From: Podarcis cretensis | Lineage: Eukaryota | NCBI GenBank assembly: GCA_951804945.1 | Contig: OX638153.1 | Coordinates: 59,458,001 to 59,522,000, forward strand | Direction of reading: 5' to 3' | DNA length: 64,000 nucleotides | In this document: in pieces, positions 48,724 to 60,576 of the stretch | How the letters are laid out: each line of letters starts with the position of its first letter | How positions within the stretch are numbered: position 1 is the stretch's first letter | The notes under the pieces: generated by a model | Database searches by the model: none | The model's input: the letters and a program-made list of their open reading frames with translations, nothing else | Told to the model about the DNA's origin: nothing | Made by a program: the position numbers and the translations under genes

Positions 48724-51700
48724 CAGTGCCCTCCTGCCTTGGTGAAGGAGCCCCAGTTCCTTTGAGACTTGATAGTGATAGACAAGCAGGCTCCGCTGTG
48801 GGGAATCGAAGCTTGTTACAGGGCACAGAGAAGAGAATCTGACCCACTGCTGGCAATTTCACTTATCAGCTTGGCGAACTTGATCCTTCCACACTGCACG
48901 AGTGCTGGCTGGGCCCAGCAGCATCTCTAGTCTTCTTAAAAAATGTGGTTAGTTTTGCAGTACAGCAGGTTCTGCAGAGTGACGATTCCTTAGCATGTTT
49001 TTTAAACCTGTTGTCTGTTGATCTCCTCGGATGCCTCCCAGCTCTTATGATTATGATATAATAATAGTTGCCTCCACAGGGCTGATTGCAAGTGGAAGTT
49101 AGGTAATGGAGGGGGGGGGGGTTGGACAGATCTTGTTGTCTTTTCACCTGGGTTTGAAAAGGACCCGAATATTTCATTAAAGAAAACCAATAAATGGCTG
49201 CTGGCACAGATGGGACGAGGCTTTTCCTGAGAGTCCCTAGGTTCCCAAGAAGTTGAGGGTAGTGCCTATGCATTTGCACTTCTGCTGGAAATGGTGATGA
49301 AATATTTGGCTGGCCGGATCTGTAACCTGATACAATAAGGCTTTGGATACACTCCTCTCTGTAGTGTTGCTGCAACAGCCATGACTCAGTGGTGGAGCAC
49401 TTCTTTTGCATGTTAGAAAGTCCCATTCCCTGGCATCTCCACACAGGGCTGGGTTTGTTCTCTGTCTGAAACCCTGGACAGCCAGCAGACAATGCTGAGC
49501 TTGATGGTCCAGTAGTGTGACACTGTATAAAGCAGCTGTTTCCTGTGTCCTTGTGCCTTCTAGGAGGAGACACCCCAGGCAAGATATTTTCTCCCCAGAC
49601 TCATCAAATCTGGTACTTGGAGAAAGGAGGAAGGAGATTTCACACCACCTTCCACACACAACTGCAGTGTCAGGAATGAGTGGTCCGTCCTGAGCTATTG
49701 TGGGATTTTGGGGGAGCAAAAACCTACACATCACAAAAGGAACATCTTGCAGCAGGGTAAGGTGTCTAGAACCTGTGGCTGAACTGGCTGGACTTTGGTG
49801 GCAGTGTCATTAAATAGCAGCAGCTTTGCACTTGCTACCTAAGGTTGGTAGTGGTTGCCACTCACTACTTCCCTCTCTGCTTTCTGATCATGGATTGAGA
49901 GGCTGAAAACAATTGTTTGAGATGGATTCCTGTGCACCTTGTGCCTGGTTCTTGAGCTGAGCACCGACTTCATAAGAGACAAAGCAGAGGTCCCGGGTTT
50001 GGAAGTAAACTGGATGTCTCCTAGCTCCACCTCTGAACCAGAGAAGGGCAGACCCAACCTTTCATAATCCTGAAGCTCCTTCCGATAGGGACCACAAAGC
50101 TGCCTATCACTTTAAGAGCTCGGAGAAAGCAAGAGAGCCTGTGCCAGGCAGTGACAGTGCTTCCTGGGCAGAGGGACCATAGCTGCACACTCTCACTGCC
50201 TTCTGTCTTTTAAAGTAGCAGGCAGAATGGCCATAGTTGTTCTGATTAGTGCCTGATTGGCAGGTAGACCTAGAAGCTGTCTCAGGGTTGTCCAATGGGG
50301 ACCCAGCCTGCTCTGAAAGCAGCCTTTGTACCTCTTCAGTCAAAGACCATTTCCTCTGTGTGCTGAGTTGCCTGGAGCCAAAGGAATGGTGTCTCTTGTC
50401 TATGGAGGTGGCTGCTGCCTGCCTCTTCCTCTGCCTACTACTGAGCTAATTGTTCCCACGCTAATCTCCTTGAGAAGCTTAACTTAGCTGGGGGCTGGGA
50501 GAAGCCAGGAGACTCTACCTATGGCCTGGTAATGCCAGCGGCTTGCTGTAGAAAGCAGGTGGCCAAAATTTTGCAGTGATTTTGCAGTGCAAGTAGAAGT
50601 TATTTCCCTTTGCTCCTGTATTACAAGGTGCATAAAGGGAACTGTTTGCCCTTGGGGTTCAATTAGCTCCAGGGGGCCTTGCTAGCTGCCTCATCCTTCA
50701 TTGCAGAAGTTGTCTGCTAAAGATGCCACATAGCTCATTTTAAACAGGCCTGACCTGTTTTTACTTGCCATCTGCCCAGGTTTTTGTTTTAATTCAGCTT
50801 TAATGCCGGGCACCAGGCCATTTAAAAAGCAATTTACGTATTAAAATGGCGCAACTACAATAGTTCATATGCAAATAAGCCACCGCTCCTTTTGGCTGTG
50901 TAAATGTGGGAACCCCATTGCCAGGCCTGCCTCAGGTGCCCCTCCTCCTCCTCCTCCTCTGCAGGTAAAGGACCTCTAACCAAAGTATCCTGGTCCCTTA
51001 GTCATGAGGGCAACTCCCCCTTCCTATCCGGGGCAGCCATAAAAGGGTGCTACCTTGTATCGGTGGAGCCATCCTCAATGATGCAATGGCCATGTTTGGG
51101 GACAAGGGAAGGGCCACCCAAGTTTGGGCCTTGACTTGTCTCTTGCTTTTTCCAGCTTTGTTCTCTTTTTCTGAGAACACGTCTTGCCCCTGGCTTTTCT
51201 CTTCATCTACCCACCCTAATTAGACTTAAACCTGCAGCACAAGCTTCTTATACAGCTGACTTGAAGCTAAATCCCCTTGCAGAGCCAGCCTGGGCAGGGT
51301 CAGCTCAGGAAGCTGACCTTCTGCTTCCTCCACAGAGAGCGCTGAGCAATGCACCTCTGTGAAATGCATGAGGGGCGAGTGGTGTGGGGAGGCCTCCCCT
51401 CTGCACGCGCCTTGAATCTGGAGGACATTTTCCTGGGGGATGAAAGGGCCACAACAGCATTGGGGGCAGGGCGAGAATTATTGTCTGGAAAACGATGTTT
51501 ACTCTGTGTGCCTATGATTTCATTTTGCTTGCACTCATGGAATCCGTCACAGAATTTGGCACCCATAAATTCTCCGTTTTCCTGTTAAAACCACACATCA
51601 GTTGCTGTTACGGCTGTGAACAAAAGCTGGGACACGTGGGCAGTGTTGGGCGAATTCCTCGATGCCAGAGGACCCTGTGCAAGACTTCCAGCTTCAGGGG

Positions 51701-53040
51701 CGGGTGTGGGGAACAGGGACAGGAAGGTGTTTGGGTCTTCCCTTGGGTGTGTTGCTCCCATCTCCCTTGCATCTGACCATTCCCCAGATCAACTCATTTC
51801 AACGTTTCGATCTTGGAAGCAGAAGACAGTATGCGCACACACAAAAAGCAAAATACGTCATATTTTGCATGATTTCCATAATTTATTCAGGTCACCGAAT
51901 TTGAACCTCCTTGGTGCAGAAATATACACAGCCCTCATTGTTCGTCTTTCCTCCCAAGTACCAAGGAGAGGTTGTTGCGAGATAAGAGTCAAACAATATT
52001 GCATTGATTTTTCCAAAACAATTAGTCTCTATGATCTCTTCTGCTGCAGATAGTGACCCCACAACCCATGAGCAGCTGCTCCATAAAACTTACTTCCTGG
52101 TAACCTAGTGGTTACAGATTCTGTGCTGTGGTGCTTTTGTGGTGGGTGGGAGAAGTCAGCTGGGAATGAGATGGCAGCAGAGAGTCACTATTTGACTTTG
52201 TCCCAATGGGATCCATGCAGGACTTGCTCCCTTTGCTAACGTGGCACTTTTACCCAGGATGGGAGGGGGTAGCTTTTACTTTCCCAGCTATTTAGTGGTC
52301 TTATGAATATTACATGAGAATTACAGGCTCCTAAGAAGGGGAATGGCTCTATATTTCGCTCCCTGTTCCTTGGAAGCCAGGCTAGTGGCTAGCTGTCCAT
52401 TCTGGGATTCAAGGGCAGCCATTTCCCCCAGCAGTGTGTGTGACTTTCTGACCTGTTCCAGGGTTGTCATTGGCTAGCAAACTCTCCGTACAGGTTTTAT
52501 TTCTGCAAATGGTACTGAAGCACTGCTCTTTCTCACTGCTCCCATTAAACTGCAGCTACTTACCCCAATCAATGTCTTCCTGGCCATCTCTAGTACCCCT
52601 AGAGATTGTGGCTGGTTAATTACATCCTGGCGGCAGGTATTCCAGTCACCGCATCTCGTGGGGTTGGGCTGGATCAGAGTGCTTGCTTCCCGCACATCTC
52701 CCCCTCTCCCCCCACTTTCTCCAGACTGAACATTGCAAGGAGGCTGAAATCTACAGTGAAAAGGACACCAAAGTCTACAGCAAGCAGCAGCAGGATTCTG
52801 AGGGGCTGCTTGGGAAGCAGAGGAAGCCTTGCAGTGAAATCAAACCTTTGGTCCATCTGGCTCAGAATTATGGAGGCTGATTAGCAGCAACTCTCCAGGA
52901 TTTGAGGGCCAAACTGCACACGGCACTGAACGTGTCACTTGGAATCGTGTCAGGGGTGTTGTTGTTGTTTATTTAATATTGGTGCAGGGCCCTAGTTTTC
53001 ATCAGGACCACAGTGCAAGGGGTGGGGAGGTTGAACCCAG

Positions 53041-53085
<45 letters not shown>

Positions 53086-54507
53086 TTGTTAGCCTAGTAA
53101 CAACCAGTGGTTGGGGGAGTTCATTGGGAATGTGGGGAGGGAAGGAGTCTTCTTGCGCTTTACAGTCCTGATAAAATCAGGCCTCCTTGTGCCTGCTTTT
53201 AAAAAAACAACACAACCACCACAAAGTGTTTCCAAGTGATACATTTGGCATCACATGCAGTTTGGCCCTTTGACAAGGAATGTTTCCCAGCCCTTCCTGC
53301 AGATGCCAGGGGCTGAACCTGGGACCTCCTGCAGGAAAAGCATGGGCTCTGCAACTTGAGCTGCAGCTCTTCGGAGGTCCTGTGCCAAAGAAAACCTCAG
53401 GAGACCTTGCTCAGGGCTGCCCTCCGGTTGTATCTAAGATCTGTTTCCTGCTGCTCCTTGGGACCCATTGACATGACGTCTGACTGTTCACCCATGAGTG
53501 TAAGACTCCTAAGGACATGGCTCAGTCGGATCTTGTATTGTGCTCAGCCTTTGACCCCTGGTCTTATTTGTCATCCATAAACTTTGGTCTCCAGCTGTTT
53601 GGGACTACAACTCCCATCATCCCTAGCTAGCAGGACCAGTGGTCAGGGATGATGGGAGTTGTAGTCCAAAACAGCTTGTGACCCAAGTTTGGGAAACCCT
53701 CATACTCACTATTGCAGGCACGAGGAACATAGGATACTGTCTTACACTCAGTCAGACAAATGGTCCATACAGCTTAGTATTGTCTTGTCTGTTTGTTTGT
53801 ACCCTGCCCACCTGACTGGGTTGCCCCAGCTGCTCTGGGTGGCTTCCAAAATATGTATAGAAACAAGATGACATTAAACCTTAAAAGCTTTGCTATACAA
53901 GGCTGCCTTCAGATGTCTTCTAAAAGTTATATAGTTACTGCTCCTGGATTAACATCTTCCCCATTAAAGCTTTTATAACCCACTTTTTTTTCTCCAAGGA
54001 GCTCAAGGTTCTCCCCCTCCTCAGTTAATCTCCACAACAACCCTGTGAGGTAGGTTAAGCAGAGAGGCAGTGACTGGCCCAAAGTCACCCAGTGAGCTTC
54101 CTGGCCAAGTGGGGATCTGAACCCTGATCTCCCAAGACTTAGTCCGACACTCTAACCCAGCCTTTCTCAACCTTGGGTCCCCGGATGTTCTTGTACCACA
54201 ACTCCTATCATCCCTGAGCACTGGCCATGCTGGCTAGGAATGATGGGAGTTGTAGTCCAACAACATCCAGGGAACTAAGGTTGAGAAAGGCTGCTCTAAC
54301 CGCTACACCACACGGACTTAAAATAAAAATAAAAATCAGCATTTTAAAATTCTGCATTTTTTAAACTGTTGCCCTCTCCTTTTCTCACCCTCCTGTCCCA
54401 CCCCACTCCATTCTCTCATTCCTTTGAATGGTTAAATCAGACAGCTTTAGAATGGGATTGTACTTGTTGTGAGCCACTGTGGCAACTGTAGCCAAAAAGG
54501 TGGGCGC

Positions 54508-54539
<32 letters not shown>

Positions 54540-57500
54540 CTCTGAAGCATACTTGAGTTGGGGACTTTGTCTGAATGCACTGCCATGTGAGAGACTGTAA
54601 TGTGACTTGGCATTTTCAAAGGTTCTCTCTATATTCCCCTCATACTCTGGAGCAGAGAACATGACTCACAATTCCATCTCTCCCCCCACTAATTACGCTC
54701 TTAATGTTAGTGCTCCTTGGCCCCATCATTATACTCAGTGGCGGGTGACATTCACTGGGTTGTTTTGCAGAGCGCCAGTTATATCCTGAGTATTCTTATT
54801 TGTGGTTTCTGTGTAGACCCACCCTTGGGCTATGTGCCTCTGCTCATGAGAGCTGTGGAAGTCTGTAGAGCAGGGGATTCCCAAAGAGTGGTCCATGGTC
54901 TGCAAGCTTCATTCCGGGAGCTCACGGTGTGTCTGTGGATTTGGGCTGGAGACAGGAGCTGGTCCACCCATCACATTAAAACATTGGCATTGATTTTTAA
55001 TTGTATCTTAATGCTTTTTTATGGCAGTGGTTCCCAATTAGCTAAGTACTGCAGGCCCCCTGTACAGTATTTCAAAAGCCAAGCCATGGACCCCCGACTT
55101 TTAAAAATGTTGCTATCTCTATGGTAGCTTTTGTTACATGAATGGTGCCATGGATCCCATGGGTGGGTTATGAAACACCAACTGGGAATCACCGTTTTAT
55201 TGCATTATATTTTGAATTCCATGGAATTCTAATTGAAATACTGTTGACTCGCAGCTTATGTACATTTAACTTGTGTGATCCCAGTTTTAACTGGTTGTAT
55301 CCCAGAAGGCAGGGGGATGGCAGAGTGTGTGTGTGTGGGACCTTTGGCAACCCCCACTTCCCATTGCACACACCTTGGGAGAGCCGTTCAGAGGTGCAGG
55401 GAGAGTCTGTAGCTGCCTTGGAAGAGAGTGCAGAGGTGTAGGGAGAATGCTGCGCTGTGCTTTTTATGGTTTTAAAAACGTTGTTTTGACTATACACAAC
55501 TTTGGCTTTATGCGCTATAGCCCAGAATGTAACCCCCGCATAAATCGAGAGTCAACTGTACAATAAAATGCTACATATAAGAGATAAACCTTCAACATTG
55601 CACTGTTACCCTCCATTTCAACCATTTCTGCAACCATTTCTGGATAATCTTCCCTCTCTTCCTTCTTCCTCTGATTCTCCAAAGCAGATTTAGGGGAGGA
55701 GGTGCAGGGGGCCTGTGGAAGGAGGAAGGAAAGCCCCATCATTCTTGTGGGATCGTTTGCGTTGGCTTCCGCTAGCACACCAGGTTAATTGAATTTGGGC
55801 TAGAGGGTTGCATTCAACTAAGTCTTACTCAAAGTTGAGCCACTGAAACAAATGAACCTGAGTTAGTCATGTCCATTAACTTCAGTGTGTCTGCTGTGAG
55901 TAGGACTAATATTGAATACAACCCAAAAGAAGCCATAGAAACCATACAGCATCTAGCACAGCACATTTGCTGCAACAGGCGAAAATAATAATTGAAGTGC
56001 TGTACCGTGACCCTCAGCAATTTCGAAGTGGTCCCTGGGGGGAACGTTTGGGGACATAAGATGAGCCTTCCGGATCAGACCAATGGCTCTTGTAATCTCG
56101 CATCCTGTTTTCACAGTGGCAAAACCGATGCCTGTGGGAAGCCTGCAAGATGGACTGTTCCAGAAAATGAGCTGAGGAAGGGATGTGCCTGCCTCTCGGA
56201 ACATGCTCCAAGGGGGTGTAGCAAACACCTTCCTGTGTAGCCCAGAACATTCCTGGCAATTTCACATCTAGCCCAGTAATTAGGCTCGTAACGTTGGTAT
56301 TGTTTGGCACATCATTATCCCCAATAGTAGGTTGCAATCCCCGTATTATTTTGCAGAGCAACAGTTATGACCTTCCTGAGCTTGGATATGTTTGTTAATA
56401 TCTCACATGGCATTAGCTTTTTGTGCCAAATCATCTCAAAAGGTGGCTCATGTTTAGTTTGTCATTCTGTACACACACACACCAAGACTATCCACACAAT
56501 GCTGCTTCTGCAGGTTCTCTCTTCTTTATAGATGTACATTCTTGCAATCTTTCCAGTGTTATGCTCTGTATGTATCCTATTAAATTTCATCAGTTTTGTG
56601 TTCTCGGCACAGATCTGCCGTGTATCGAGAGCAAAAAGAAAGTTTGTCCTCTCCTCCGTGGGGCTTTTAGCCCCCTCCAGTTCCATACTCAATTAAAAGA
56701 AAACGTTTCATAGCCTTCTCTGTTTAATGCTGAGTTATTATTTCCCGAGACAGCTTTCCACTCAGATTGTGAGGCTCCCTGCTTTGTATTAGCTGTTCCT
56801 CAACTTGGTTGCGTGCACAGTTTTTGGATGACACATTTAGAAAATATTTGGAAGGCCAAAACAAAGCTAAGATGGAGAATGCAAGATTTTGTGCAGAGAT
56901 AAAAATGGAGGAAATGTGCCTGTTCAGAGAGGGAGATTGAGGAGAGATGTGGGAAGTATTGAAATGTCCCCCTTTTAAATCACTGTTAAGAAAAACGAGT
57001 TTCCTTTAGAAGGGAGGTATAGGGGTGTTTGTCGGCAGATATGCACCTGCTGGCTTTGTTTTGGGGTGCCTCATGGATCCTGCATCTGGTAAAGGAGCAG
57101 AACTTGGATAAGACACTCAAGAATCCGTGCCACAATTAGGAAGAGAACCCCGATGAACTGAACTTTTCTCAGAGGAGCCCCTGCCTTGCTGTAGCTCATC
57201 CTTTGCCAGCCTTGCGACTCACCAGACTCCAGCTCCCTGGCTTATTCTCTGGCTAATTCCCTGTGCTATAAATACTGCCTGGGGTGAAAAACTCCCTAAG
57301 GCTCCGGTCAGGGTGGTGGCCATGCAGGAAAACTCTGCCAGTGGCTACGTGACTCGTCCCAGGCTATGAAAAAGGTGGGGCAATGGCTGGCAGAGGAAAG
57401 AGTCTGGCTAGGGTGAATCTCTTGCTTTGGGACACCCCCATTTGAAGCCTCCCTCTCCCTCTGCAGGTCGCAATGAACCTTTGAAGAAAGACCGTCCCAA

Positions 57501-58785
57501 GTGGAAGAGCGACTACCCCATGACCGATGGGCAGCTGCGGAGCAAACGGGACGAGTTCTGGGACACGGCACCGGCCTTCGAGGGCCGCAAGGAGATCTGG
57601 GATGCGCTCAAGGCTGCTGCCTATGCAGTGGAGGCGAATGACCACGGGCTAGCACAGGCCATTATTGACGGTGCTGGAGTGACCTTACCCCACGGTATGT
57701 GATGGCAGGATGGGAAGTGGGCAAGAGAAGAAATAGCACAGGGCTAGTTCTTTCTGCCTTATCTCTTGCCAGAGGTAGAAATCATGCCCTGTGCTGTGAG
57801 CATAAAATGGGAACTTCTATCCAAGCAAAAATCATAAAGCAGGAATAGGCAATCGGTGCTCCTCTCCAGGTTCGTTGGACTGCAATCCCAGAATCCTTGC
57901 ATGGCTGTTGACCATGTTGGCTGGGCTCATAGGAGCTGGGAGTTGGAGTGCCAGAGATTCTCCCATCCCTGTCTTTAGGGCCTGAAATTCCTGTTTGAAC
58001 CCCCTTGCCTGCCTGCCACAGTACAAGCACACATGTGCACATGCAAACCCAAGATAGCAGCAAATGTGTGTTTCTCACCATGCATATTATGCAGGTTAGA
58101 CACACACGGAAGTAATAATTGGCCATGCCTTCCTGCTACTTGTCTCCACTGTGAGAAATGTGTTTACTGCCACAAAATATATGAAGTGTCCTCAGAGCTG
58201 GTACTTTCAGGATTCTTGAGCTCTTTTGATCCCTTCTGTACACATTTGTTCCTGGAATAAGGACAACATTCTCCCAAGACCTGAACAAACTGAGACAGCT
58301 TTGCACTGTACCTGCCACTTCACCTTCAGGAGGAAAGAGAAAAAGTGCCAACTTCATCCCTGTTACCCTGTGTACTAGTCTCCGTATGGATGAAGCATTT
58401 ATTTGTTTATTTATTAACATTGGATCCTACTCTTCCTCCCAAAGGAGCAAACATCAAAATGTTAAAATACAATCTTAAAAACAAAACAAAAAACATGTAC
58501 AACTTTTTGAAACAATTTAAAACTGTCTAAATATATTTAAAAGCAGTCACATACCCTCACAGTTACTATTTTTAAAGTTGCCACGGCCAGTACCCATCAA
58601 ATGCCTGTGTAGTGACACCTGCCCTGTGGAACACCCTCCCACCAGATGTCAAAGAGAAAAACAACTACCAGACTTTTAGAAGACATCTGAAGGCAGCCCT
58701 GTTTAGGGAAGCTTTTAATGTTTAACAGACTATTGTATTTTAATATTTTGTTGGAAGCCACCCAGAGTGGCTGAGGTATAAATAA

Positions 58786-58827
<42 letters not shown>

Positions 58828-59838
58828 AAACAGGGAAGTTTTAAATTTCTCCTGAAAGCCAATAATGAGGGAGACAGATGCACTTAATCCTGGAGGGGTG
58901 CTCCACAAATGGGGAGCCACAAACAAGAAGGCCCTGCCATGGGTCAGAATACCAACTGGGCAGCAGCCAGAGTTAGTATGACCTACAGGGCCTCACCTGC
59001 CAATCATAGAGCCTGAGGTGCTTAATGTTGCGGGAGATGCTCCTTTAAATACTTGGTTCCTGAGCTATTTAGGGCTTTGTACACCAGCACTCACATCTTG
59101 AATTGGGCTCAGTAACTTGCTGGCAGCTCACTGGCAGCTGGGGTGTGATAGGTGGCTGGGCAAACTTGTTTGGTTAGAGAGTTGGACTAGGACCTGGGAG
59201 ACCAGGGTTCAAATCCCCGCTTGACCATGAACTCACTGAGTGAGCTTGGGCCAGTTTCTTCTCTTAGCCTAGCCTACCTCATAGGTTTGCTGTGCAGATT
59301 GAACGAGGAGGTGGAGAACTACGTACGCCAGAAAAGGAAATATAAATAAATTAAATAAGGAGAGGAAATTTAGTTTGGTGGGGAAGAGACTGGGTTCCGT
59401 TCCCCCCTGTAAGCCTCTCATGCCCCCTGCTGGCGCTTTCTTTCCCCTGCAGGCTCCCTCACCGAGTGCTATGACGAACTGGGTAACCGCTACCAGCTTC
59501 CAGTCTACTGCCTGGCCCCCCCTGTCAACCTGATCATGGAGCGAAGCGAGGAGGAGGGCGTGGAGCCGCCTGAGCCAACGCCCAACACCCGGCGCGAATT
59601 CCCCCTCAAAGTCCGCCTCTCCACGGGCAAGGACCTGCGCCTGAGCGCCAGCATGACAGACACTATCGGGCAGCTGAAGAAGCAGCTGTACGCCCAGGAA
59701 GGACTGGAGCCCGCCTGGCAGCGCTGGTTTTTCTCGGGCAAGCTCCTGACGGACAGGAGCCGCCTGCAGGAGACCAAGATCCAGAAGGACTTTGTCATCC
59801 AAGTCATCATCAACCAGCCGCCTGCACCGAGGAACTGA
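35947..59838 (+). CDS. UBTD1: Ubiquitin domain-containing protein 1, full spliced CDS (3 exons, 684 nt, 227 aa)
   Basis: join(35947-36016,57467-57694,59453-59838). N-terminal MGSCVG, ubiquitin-binding domain ([36 protein letters not shown]) and C-terminal UBL; divergent from MMS19 as in human. Confidence 0.97.
36868..37431 (-). mobile_element. 5'-truncated L1-like LINE 3' end
   Basis: About 21-bp TSD CCTAGCAAGAACATTTCCTTT (36847-36867, 37432-37452); ORF2 C-terminus [28 protein letters not shown]. Confidence 0.88.
39795..39832. repeat. (ATT)n microsatellite
   Basis: Seen directly; tail of an L2-like fragment. Confidence 0.95.
41137..41378. mobile_element. MITE family B, reverse orientation
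   Basis: Same TIR and TA TSD. Confidence 0.9.
43112..43960 (-). mobile_element. CR1 LINE 3' end interrupted by a Sauria SINE
   Basis: HNTRT...[21 protein letters not shown]...TNLDGFKK resembles the CR1 ORF2 C-terminus; TTCTTATG-type tail at 43112. Related fragments at 2228-2445, 44989-45490 and 62385-62525. Confidence 0.85.
43317..43669 (-). mobile_element. Sauria SINE
   Basis: tRNA-like head GGGACGCAGGTGGCAC, ACCTTT-type tail; homologous to 61952-62311. Confidence 0.85.
45113..45338. mobile_element. MITE family B inserted in a CR1 3' fragment
   Basis: Perfect TIRs and TA TSD. Confidence 0.9.
45823..46151. mobile_element. MITE family A, reverse orientation
   Basis: TA-CAGTGGTGCCCCGCAAGACG...CGTCTTGCGAGGCACCACTG-TA. 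Confidence 0.9.
46380..47388. mobile_element. MITE family B split by a nested 782-bp element
   Basis: Host TIRs at 46380 and 47388; host sequence resumes exactly after a duplicated TA. Confidence 0.9.
46406..47187. mobile_element. Nested non-autonomous pogo/Tigger-like DNA transposon
   Basis: TIRs CCGTATTTTTTGCACCATAAC / GTTATAGAGCGAAAAATACGG; TA TSD. Confidence 0.88.
47620..47669. repeat. (TG)n microsatellite, imperfect 3' half
   Basis: Seen directly. Confidence 0.9.
48688..48719. repeat. (TG)n microsatellite
   Basis: Seen directly. Confidence 0.95.
53043..53082. repeat. (CA)n microsatellite
   Basis: Seen directly. Confidence 0.95.
53580..53700. mobile_element. hAT-like MITE (same family as 9134-9531)
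   Basis: Internal palindrome ggactacaactcccatcatccct / agggatgatgggagttgtagtcc; left TIR truncated. Confidence 0.75.
54158..54293. mobile_element. hAT-type MITE nested in a SINE
   Basis: 17-bp perfect TIR CAGCCTTTCTCAACCTT; 8-bp TSD CTCTAACC. Confidence 0.92.
54507..54540. repeat. (CAA)n microsatellite
   Basis: Seen directly. Confidence 0.95.
57467..57694 (+). CDS. UBTD1: UBTD1 coding exon 2
   Basis: [36 protein letters not shown]...GAGVTLPH. Confidence 0.97.
58606..58824 (+). mobile_element. L2-like LINE 3' end with (TAT)n tail
   Basis: [33 protein letters not shown]; relatives at 13865-14030 (-), 53790-53935 (-) and 39760-39832. Confidence 0.75.
59453..59838 (+). CDS. UBTD1: UBTD1 coding exon 3
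   Basis: [28 protein letters not shown]...[12 protein letters not shown]...[14 protein letters not shown]. Confidence 0.97.
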
Positions 59839-59918
59839 GCTGGAGGCGGGTGGTGCGGCGCCCGGCCTTCAACCCAGGGACTGAGATTGCAGGAGGCTGC
59901 TCTTGCGCCTGGAGGGCG

Positions 59919-59935
59919 GGCCAGCAGGTGGCGCC
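59919..59935 (+). promoter_or_regulatory. Candidate CTCF site in the UBTD1 3'UTR
   Basis: GGCCAGCAGGTGGCGCC, near-consensus CTCF core. Confidence 0.6.
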
Positions 59936-60570
59936 CTCGGAACCAGGGCCGGAAGGTTCCCCAGCGGCCCCTGGGAAATTGCACACACTCACTCGCTGCA
60001 AGAGGCAGCAGACTGAGTTGACAGCGCAGATGGGCAACATTGAAAGTGGTTTATCACCGTGGTTTCTCTCTCGGGGCCCTTTGGGGCCAATTTTTTTAAA
60101 CTTCCCAGAACCCCAAGGATTGGACCTCCCCCCTCTTCCCAAATTATCCAGGCTCTGGGCTCGGCTGGCACCGAAACACATGCCTCCCCCCCCCTTGCTC
60201 AGCTCCAGTCCGGGCTGAGCTGCCTGCACTTGAGCCTATATGACGGATTGTGGACGCTGTCTCCTGGGCACAGCTCTTGTTGTTTGGGCACTGAGAAGCT
60301 GGAGACCAAAGCGTCCCTGACACGAGGGACCAGGCTGGGCCCAGGGCTGCACTACGTGGGTCAGAAGACCCTGCCGGTTCTGGCTCCCCATTTCCAGGCC
60401 ACTGAATGAGACCTTGAGTAATGCTGTGGTTGGCCGTCTTTGCACAATTTCATGGGATGAGCCCAGCAAGGCAGCTGCTGCTCATCCTGATTTTATGGGC
60501 AGCCCTCAACCAGATAAGGTGCGATACGGGGGAAGATGGTTTGTATGTATAGGTATTAGTGTAATTTATC

Positions 60571-60576
60571 AATAAA
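60571..60576 (+). terminator. Probable UBTD1 poly(A) signal
   Basis: AATAAA about 730 nt after the stop, with upstream TGTA motifs. Confidence 0.75.

Noticed and set aside
48866-49582. 238-aa minus-strand ORF in UBTD1 intron 1
   Set aside because: Runs through a decayed SINE and low-complexity DNA; no recognisable protein features.
56014-56361. Protein-like stretch [26 protein letters not shown]
   Set aside because: No recognisable family, no ATG start and no convincing splice sites.
59269-60229. Long antisense and 3'UTR ORFs around UBTD1 exon 3
   Set aside because: Shadow ORFs from high GC3; the stop context TGA-GCT is not a recognised readthrough motif.
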